A stretch of 64,000 nt of DNA from a virus. Location of the stretch: positions 1 through 64,000 of the IMG/VR virus record IMGVR_UViG_3300044611_002115. One strand, 5' to 3'. Shown piece after piece: positions 58,068 to 64,000 of this stretch; positions within the stretch are counted from its first letter, which is position 1, and each line of letters begins with the position of its first letter. The translations under genes and the position numbers were made by a program. Under the pieces are notes generated by a model, which was given only the letters and a program-made list of their open reading frames with translations, searched no databases and was not told where the DNA came from.

Positions 58068-59240
58068 ATGGCTGCTCCCACACGCAAGCGCGGCAAGAAG
58101 GTTAAGGCGGAAGCAGCAGAGGCAGCACCAGCAAAGGCAGCACCCGCGCCCGCTAATGAGCTGGCGGCAGTGCTGGCGGATATTAGGAAGAACAAGGGAG
58201 AGAACAGCGTGCTGCCCGCGTCTCAAATCCCCATCGCCAACCACATTCCCACGGGTTCCTTCATTCTGGACTTCGCCCTGCTGGGCGGAATCCCAGAGGG
58301 CTTCCCGACTATGATCTACGGGCTGGAGAGCAGCGGCAAGACCACGATCCTAAAGAAAGTGGTGGGCTGCTTCCAGCGCAAGCATCCCGACAAGCAAGTG
58401 GTGTGGATTGACAGCGAGGGCATGTTTGACCCGCAGTGGGCAACGCAGCTCGGCGTTGACTTGGACAGGCTGCTGGTGCACAGGCCGGAGACGGGGCAGG
58501 AGGCCGTGGACGTTATGGAGGCAATGATGGGCGCGTGGGAAACGGGCATGGTCGTGCTGGACTCAATCCCCGGCTGCGTGCCGTTCAACATCATTCAAAA
58601 GAGCGCGGAGGATATGACTATGACGGAGCTGGCGCGCCTAATGGGCGTCATGTGCAGCAAGCTCACAGCCTCCTACCAAGCGGAGCGCAAGCGGGGGCAC
58701 TTCGTCACCAACCTGTTCGTCAACCAGTTCCGCTTCAAGGTGGGAGGGCTAGTGCTGGGCGACCCGCGCACGTTGCCCGGTGGTCGCCAAATCAACCACA
58801 TCCCCACGACGAAGATTGAGATTAAGAACAAGGAGGAGCACGGGAAAGACCGCTACGACAACGACGTGGTGGAGCACAATGCGCACGAGTTCAAAATCAC
58901 AAAGGCCAAGCACGGCAGCAGCATCCGCAGCGGAGAGTTCCGCATGATGATAAACCCAGACAACGCGGACGGAGTGCCGCAGGGAACCATCGACGACGCG
59001 GACACCGTTTGCGTGTATGCTAAGAAAATGGGCATGCTGACGGGTGGGGGCGCTGCGTGGCGCGTGGACGGGATAGACCGCAAGTTTGGCAACATCGCCA
59101 GCATCGTCACCCACTTGCGCGAGACGCCGGAGGAATACGTGCGGCTGTGCCAGCAGGTCATTGCAGCGCAGAGGCAAAGCAAAGGGCTTCCACTGCTACC
59201 GCCCGATGGGTATTTGCTTGATTGGGCAGAGGCGTCCTAA
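58068..59240 (+). CDS. recA: RecA/UvsX-like recombinase
   Basis: IPTGS..LD.AL.GGIP, GLESSGKTT, IDSE, VLDS, NQFR, PGG. Confidence 0.9.
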   Translation: MAAPTRKRGKKVKAEAAEAAPAKAAPAPANELAAVLADIRKNKGENSVLPASQIPIANHIPTGSFILDFALLGGIPEGFPTMIYGLESSGKTTILKKVVGCFQRKHPDKQVVWIDSEGMFDPQWATQLGVDLDRLLVHRPETGQEAVDVMEAMMGAWETGMVVLDSIPGCVPFNIIQKSAEDMTMTELARLMGVMCSKLTASYQAERKRGHFVTNLFVNQFRFKVGGLVLGDPRTLPGGRQINHIPTTKIEIKNKEEHGKDRYDNDVVEHNAHEFKITKAKHGSSIRSGEFRMMINPDNADGVPQGTIDDADTVCVYAKKMGMLTGGGAAWRVDGIDRKFGNIASIVTHLRETPEEYVRLCQQVIAAQRQSKGLPLLPPDGYLLDWAEAS

Positions 59241-59260
59241 TAGACCTATGAACCCCAGCG

Positions 59261-59692
59261 ATGCCAAAGCACAAACAGCGCCCCAGAGGAAAGCAGCGAC
59301 ATCTGTGCGCGACCAAGTATTGCAGGAACGAGAAGGCAAAGGGGCGGAGCATCTGCCACAAGTGCTACCAGCGGCAGTGGAGGGCGAAGCACCCGCTTGT
59401 GGCTGCGTGGCATCACCTGCTGGATCACGCGCGGCAGCGGAAGATAGAAGTGACGCTCACGCGTGCGGAGTTCGAGGCGTGGGTTGTTGCGGAGGGGGTG
59501 TTTGTGGACGGGAAGCGCAACCCCAACCTGCACATGGACAGGCGGGAGGCGTGGCGGGGATACTCGCTGGACAACATCCAAGCGCTCCCGTGCGGCGAGA
59601 ACATAGCCAAGGGGAACAGGGAGAGGCACGCGCCGGAATACAAGAGCAAGCGCTGGGCGCAGCAGCCGCAGCAGGAGCCTGACCCGTTCTAA
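59261..59692 (+). CDS. HNH-like endonuclease
   Basis: HMDRREAWRGYSLDNIQALPCGEN; N-terminal Cys cluster. Confidence 0.6.
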   Translation: MPKHKQRPRGKQRHLCATKYCRNEKAKGRSICHKCYQRQWRAKHPLVAAWHHLLDHARQRKIEVTLTRAEFEAWVVAEGVFVDGKRNPNLHMDRREAWRGYSLDNIQALPCGENIAKGNRERHAPEYKSKRWAQQPQQEPDPF

Positions 59693-59697
59693 GCATC

Positions 59698-60060
59698 ATG
59701 GCGCTAAAGATTCCCAAGAGGCAGCAGCAGCACCGCAGCATCGCCCGCTCACGCTTGCAGGAGAAGGAGCTGGCGAAGCGCGTGGGCGGACAGCGCACTG
59801 TTGCCAGCGGAGCGCTGGACGTGAAGGGCGATGTGCGGCTCAAGCGCGTGCTGCGCATTGAGGCCAAGACAACATCCAAGGAGAGCTTCCGCGTGACCAC
59901 GGAAATGCTGGGGAAGATTGAGACGGCGGCGCTGGCAAGCAACGAGCTTCCCGCCTTTGTTGTGGAGTTCACGGACGCGCGGGGGAAGGTGCGGGGCAGC
60001 GTGGCGGTGGTGCCGCTCTACGTGCTGGAAATGATGGGCGCGTGGAAGGAGGGGCAATGA
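59698..60060 (+). CDS. PD-(D/E)xK Holliday junction resolvase-like nuclease
   Basis: QEKELAK..GG...ASGA...KGDV...IEAKTT. Confidence 0.7.
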   Translation: MALKIPKRQQQHRSIARSRLQEKELAKRVGGQRTVASGALDVKGDVRLKRVLRIEAKTTSKESFRVTTEMLGKIETAALASNELPAFVVEFTDARGKVRGSVAVVPLYVLEMMGAWKEGQ

Positions 60061-60365
60061 CAAGCGTGAGCGATGTGCACCGCCTTGTGAACCACGCCCT
60101 AGAGGGAGCGCCCAACAGGGACAGGAACGCGCTGCGCCTAGTGCTCAGCCCACAAGCATTCAGCGAGCTGATGCGCGACCCCAGCGTGCGCATGGTAAAC
60201 TCCAGACCCCCAGCGCAGCAGGTCGCCCAGATTTTTGGCATCAACCTTTCACAGCACCAGCAGAGCGCTCCCGCCCTCCTGTTCTTTACGGAGCGCCACG
60301 CGGACGACTACAAGGCGGGGCGCATCAGGGAGCGCGACCTGCTCAACGGGAGGCTGCGCCCGTGA
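60057..60365 (+). CDS. Hypothetical protein
   Basis: ATGA overlap. Confidence 0.5.
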   Translation: MTSVSDVHRLVNHALEGAPNRDRNALRLVLSPQAFSELMRDPSVRMVNSRPPAQQVAQIFGINLSQHQQSAPALLFFTERHADDYKAGRIRERDLLNGRLRP

Positions 60366-61243
60366 GCCTCCTGCGCAGCATGCAGGAGCATGTCCGCCCG
60401 CAGCGCGTCCGCAATCGCGCGCAAAGGCCCGCAGCAGCGCCCGCACTGAGCGAGGGCTACATAACGCGCATGGTGGAGGAAGCGGACGCACAGCCCGACA
60501 GCAGCCGCGTGCGGGAGGGCTACATCCACGTCTCCTCCCTGCTCTCCTTCTGCCCGCGCCTCTACAGGCTCGCAGCAGTGGACGACATCCCCATCGTCAA
60601 CCTCCCGCGCGCAGGCGACCGCATCGTGTGGGCGCTGGGGAGGGCGGCGGAAAAGCACGTGCGCGACGCAGTGCTGGCTCACGTGGGGCTGGGGAACGTG
60701 TATGGGGTGTGGCGCTGCAACTGCGGCATGGTGGCCTACGAGGGGCTTCACAGGGAGCTGCGTTGCACGCACTGCGCCACCCCCGCCAACAATTTTGGCG
60801 AGCTGCCCGTGTTCGACCACGAGCTGCGCATCAGCGGCTCCCCTGACATCCAACTGCACGACGCGGGGAGCAGGCGCATCGTGGAAATCAAGAGCATCAA
60901 CAAGCGGGAGTTTGAGGAGCTGGAGCGCCCCAAGCCCGACCACGTGTTTCAAGCCTCCTTCTACGTGGACTTGCTCCGCGTGATGGGCGAACCCGTGCAC
61001 GAGGAGCTGGCGATATTTTACGTCTGCAAGGACTACACGTTCCGCTCGCCCTACAGGGAGTTTCATGTGGGGGCGGGAGACATGGCAATGCAGATCGCAG
61101 CGGCGAAGGCGAGCGTGGCGCAGTTGCGGGCGTGCGAGATGGGAGGGGCGCTGCCGCCCAAGCTCCCCGTGTGCAGCAGCGCGGCGACGCCGACAGCGCG
61201 CAAGTGTGTGGCGTGCGCGAGCTGCTTTGGGCGAAGGAATTGA
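60362..61243 (+). CDS. Cas4-like PD-(D/E)xK exonuclease
   Basis: HVSSL..CPR, SGSPD, IVEIKS, Q...Y, C-terminal C..C...C. Confidence 0.75.
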   Translation: MSLLRSMQEHVRPQRVRNRAQRPAAAPALSEGYITRMVEEADAQPDSSRVREGYIHVSSLLSFCPRLYRLAAVDDIPIVNLPRAGDRIVWALGRAAEKHVRDAVLAHVGLGNVYGVWRCNCGMVAYEGLHRELRCTHCATPANNFGELPVFDHELRISGSPDIQLHDAGSRRIVEIKSINKREFEELERPKPDHVFQASFYVDLLRVMGEPVHEELAIFYVCKDYTFRSPYREFHVGAGDMAMQIAAAKASVAQLRACEMGGALPPKLPVCSSAATPTARKCVACASCFGRRN

Positions 61244-61244
61244 C

Positions 61245-61796
61245 ATGAAAAAAACACAAGCACAAACAGCTCGCCCGTGGCTCTGGCAGGGCAGGGAGTT
61301 CACCACAGCGCCGGAGGAGTGGCTGGGGTTCGTTTACCTCATCACCTCTCCCAGCGGGAAGATGTATGTGGGGAAAAAATTGTTCTGGAGCCGCATCCGC
61401 CGCAAGCCGCTCAAGGGAACCCGCCGCGTGCGCATCGAGCGCAAGGAAAGCGACTGGAGAAAATACTTCGGCAGCAGCAACGAGCTGGTGGCGGAATTGG
61501 GGCGCACGGGGCGCTCTTTTTGGACGCGGGAAATCCTCCACTTGTGCGAGTCGAAATGGGAGTGCTCGTTTGCGGAGCTGAAAATTCAACTGGCGCTGAA
61601 CGCGCTTGTCCGCACAGATTTTTTCAACAGCATCATCCACGTGCGCCTCAACCAGCCACCTTCTAGCTTTACCCCGTCGCGCCTTGACGCTACAGTGGCA
61701 CGCGTTCAGCAGCAGTATGGAGGATCAACGACCACCAAAATCTCAACGTGTGCTCCGGTTCGGATTCGTTCGCGCGGACGGCAAGGTGTTTCGTGA
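61245..61796 (+). CDS. GIY-YIG-family nuclease-like protein
   Basis: GFVYLIT..SGKMYVGKK, ESDWRKYFGSS, F.REIL. Confidence 0.7.
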   Translation: MKKTQAQTARPWLWQGREFTTAPEEWLGFVYLITSPSGKMYVGKKLFWSRIRRKPLKGTRRVRIERKESDWRKYFGSSNELVAELGRTGRSFWTREILHLCESKWECSFAELKIQLALNALVRTDFFNSIIHVRLNQPPSSFTPSRLDATVARVQQQYGGSTTTKISTCAPVRIRSRGRQGVS

Positions 61797-62475
61797 ATAC
61801 AGCCCAACTTGTGCAAACGGGGAGCGCTGGATAATGCCTTGGGAGTTTGAGCTGCTAAAGAAAAGGCAGCAGGAATATCAAAAGCGGGAGCACGTGCGGG
61901 CCAAGAACAATGCGTGGAACAGGGAGAACAGAAAACAGCCCCACATCCGCAAGCGGGCGCGAGAGTATAAAAAGAAGCGCATGCAAAGCAACCCATCAGC
62001 CCGTGTTGCTGCCGCCCTACGTGGCAGGGTGCGGGAGGTGTTCCTTTCACAAGGACTGCGCAAGACGGACAAGACGTTCAAGTTGGTGGGGTGCAGCCAC
62101 GCGGAGCTGCGTGCGCATCTTGAGGCGCAGTTCACGGAGGGCATGACGTGGGAAAATTACGGCGCATGGGAAATCGACCATCGCATCCCGTGCAGGGCGT
62201 TCGACCTCACGCTGCCCGAGCACAGGAGCGCCTGTTTTCACTTCACAAATTTGCAGCCCCTCTGGCGCACGGACAACCGCAGGAAATCGGGAAAATTGAA
62301 GGAGCAGCTCGCCCGCGATGCACTTTTTTCAAAAAATTATTTCAACTCCATCCTGCACGTGCGGCTCAACCAGCCTCCCGCCTCCTTCCTGCTGCGGCAC
62401 CGCATAAACACAAGCGCAGCGAGCGGGGGCACCCCCAGCCGCTTCGACGCCCCCGTGCGCAGCAGGAGACGCTGA
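61717..62475 (+). CDS. HNH homing-endonuclease-like protein, C-terminally fused to a duplicate of the upstream gene's 3' end
   Basis: MTWENYGAWEIDHRIPC..FHFTNLQPLW..DN.RK. Confidence 0.75.
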   Translation: MEDQRPPKSQRVLRFGFVRADGKVFREYSPTCANGERWIMPWEFELLKKRQQEYQKREHVRAKNNAWNRENRKQPHIRKRAREYKKKRMQSNPSARVAAALRGRVREVFLSQGLRKTDKTFKLVGCSHAELRAHLEAQFTEGMTWENYGAWEIDHRIPCRAFDLTLPEHRSACFHFTNLQPLWRTDNRRKSGKLKEQLARDALFSKNYFNSILHVRLNQPPASFLLRHRINTSAASGGTPSRFDAPVRSRRR

Positions 62476-62500
62476 GCGCTGCAACTGTTGCAATTTCCTG

Positions 62501-62529
62501 TTGACAACAAATCTGCAAGCACGCATATT
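62501..62529 (+). promoter_or_regulatory. Early-type promoter, copy 9 (palindrome at 62480 just upstream)
   Basis: TTGACA-ACAAATCTGCAAGCACG-CATATT. Confidence 0.75.
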
Positions 62530-62598
62530 CCCGTTCGTTGCTGCCGCCAGTGGGCAGCACAAGCAACACAAACCAAAAACCAAAAAGGAAAAAACACC

Positions 62599-63783
62599 AT
62601 GTCAAAAGCAGCATTCACAACCAACGAAATCGTCCGCTTCACGGGATACAGCGAGCCGCTCGAAAAGGGGCAGAAGCCCATCCTCACCAAGGGCGAGAAG
62701 GTGCGCATCACCGGACAAGTGGACGCGGAATCGTTCAACGTCGTCAGCGTCAACAACCCGAAGGCCAAGGACTCCGTGTTCAACACGGAAATCGAGGCGC
62801 TCAAAATCTCCGCCGCCCCTGCCGCCAAAGCGGACAAGGCCGCGAAGGTGAAAGCGCCCGCTGAGAAGCCCGCCGCTGCCGCCAAAGTGCCGCAGATCAA
62901 GAAGGGCAAAGCGCCCGCAGCCAAGCCCGCTCCCGCGAAGGCCGAGAAAGCCGCCAAGACCAAAAAGGTCAAAGCGGAGAAGCCCGCCAAAGCGCCCAAG
63001 GCCGTGAAGCCGGAAGCGGAGGAGCTGAAACCGCTCGCCATGTCCGCCTACAGCGAGGACGTGCAGAAGCAGGTCAAGTCCGACGCCAGCGCGCTCAAAG
63101 CCGCCAAGTCGCTCGCGCAGCGCATTCAGGAAACCTTCTGGACGCTGGGCGGCGTGCTGTCCTTCATTCAGCGCAACAAGTCGTTCGTCAAAGTGGAGAC
63201 GGAGGCGGGCGAGCACCCCTACGCGGGATCGCACGGCTTCAAGAACTACGTGGAGGTCGAGCTGGGGATGAAATACCGCCGCGCGATGTATTATGTCAGC
63301 ATCTACGAGACGTTCTCACCGCTGGGCGTGGAGCAGGAAACCGTCCTCGCGCTGGGCTGGGCCAAGGCGAAGGAACTCACGGGCGTCGTCAACAAGAAAA
63401 ACGTGCAGGGCTGGCTCAAGAAAGCGGACGAGCTGGGGCGCGAGGACTTGCAGGCGGAAATCAAGCAGAGCAAGGTCAAAGCGGGGGACGGGGATGTGAA
63501 CCCGCCCGCTGGCCCCACCGCCACCGCCACCACGTTCAAGTTCCGCTTGTTCGAGGATCAGGGCAAAGTCGTCGCCAGCGCCATCAAAGATGCGCAGGAG
63601 AAGCTCGGAGAGGGCGCGGATGAAAACGCCGCGTTCGCTCACATCGTCAGCGAGTGGGCAGTGCTCAACGGCACGGGGGCCAAGCCCGACATCGACACCG
63701 CGTTCGCTTCGCTGGAAAACAGCTACGGACTCGCGGACGTGAGCAGCTACGCCAAGAGCCACTACGGCAAGGGCGGCAAGTAG
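62599..63783 (+). CDS. Putative DNA-binding protein: SH3-like N-terminus, histone-H1-like K/A/P linker, helical HTH-like domain
   Basis: AKAEKAAKTKKVKAEKPAK repeats; FKNYVEVELGMKYRRAMYYVSIY; strong codon bias. Confidence 0.65.
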   Translation: MSKAAFTTNEIVRFTGYSEPLEKGQKPILTKGEKVRITGQVDAESFNVVSVNNPKAKDSVFNTEIEALKISAAPAAKADKAAKVKAPAEKPAAAAKVPQIKKGKAPAAKPAPAKAEKAAKTKKVKAEKPAKAPKAVKPEAEELKPLAMSAYSEDVQKQVKSDASALKAAKSLAQRIQETFWTLGGVLSFIQRNKSFVKVETEAGEHPYAGSHGFKNYVEVELGMKYRRAMYYVSIYETFSPLGVEQETVLALGWAKAKELTGVVNKKNVQGWLKKADELGREDLQAEIKQSKVKAGDGDVNPPAGPTATATTFKFRLFEDQGKVVASAIKDAQEKLGEGADENAAFAHIVSEWAVLNGTGAKPDIDTAFASLENSYGLADVSSYAKSHYGKGGK

Positions 63784-63812
63784 CAGCACGCGCACAAGCT
63801 GCGCACAACAAG

Positions 63813-63843
63813 AGGCGCGCTCCACACGGGGCGCGCCTTTTTT
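63813..63843 (+). terminator. Intrinsic terminator
   Basis: AGGCGCGCTCC...GGGGCGCGCCTTTTTT. Confidence 0.85.
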
Positions 63844-63929
63844 GTTGATTATTTTTCGCGGGGCGCTCGCCCCATAGCTTTGCACCGCCGCAGTGTGCAG
63901 CGCAGCACGCGGGCAGCGCGCTTTCCCTG

Positions 63930-63957
63930 TTGACAATTAAACTGCAAGCGCTACTCT
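63930..63957 (+). promoter_or_regulatory. Early-type promoter, copy 10
   Basis: TTGACA-ATTAAACTGCAAGCGC-TACTCT; ORF begins 63968 and runs off the window. Confidence 0.7.
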
Positions 63958-64000
63958 CAGCACTGCCATGAGCACACCACACACCACCACACCAACGCCC

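Larger units (their letters stand above)
1741..62492. repeat. Dispersed 13-bp palindrome TGCAACNGTTGCA, 24 copies
   Basis: Starts: 1741, 3929, 6510, 9513, 11819, 13551, 16184, 18384, 22374, 26334, 28641, 31045, 35124, 36651, 41629, 43961, 45861, 47085, 49369, 52479, 54265, 55995, 57688, 62480. Confidence 0.95.

Overview
This window is about 64 kb of a GC-rich tailed dsDNA phage genome (HK97-type head, probably a non-contractile tail), with essentially all real genes on the + strand. Gene order: (1) a 7-deazaguanine DNA-modification cluster (ParB-like, DpdA/TGT-like, HAD, two QueC, QueD, QueE, PRTase-FolE fusion, Gp88-like); (2) TerS/TerL; (3) about 10 kb of small early genes, DNA ligase and GroES; (4) portal, MuF, protease, fibre and lysis genes, capsid, tail and glycosyltransferases; (5) a Ycf46-like AAA module and a tRNA-like RNA; (6) replication/recombination genes (initiator with iterons, DnaB, UDG-PolA, primase, SSB, SF2 helicase, RecA, nucleases) and an H1-like DNA-binding protein. 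I found no integrase or CRISPR array. The main unexplained signals are 24 near-evenly spaced copies of the palindrome TGCAACNGTTGCA (16 inside genes), whose half-site also sits in a 10-copy promoter family; a 204-nt tRNA-shaped RNA with very large D- and anticodon-loop insertions; and a shared Arg-rich peptide tag on many replication-region proteins. All calls come from reading motifs by eye; no database search was run.
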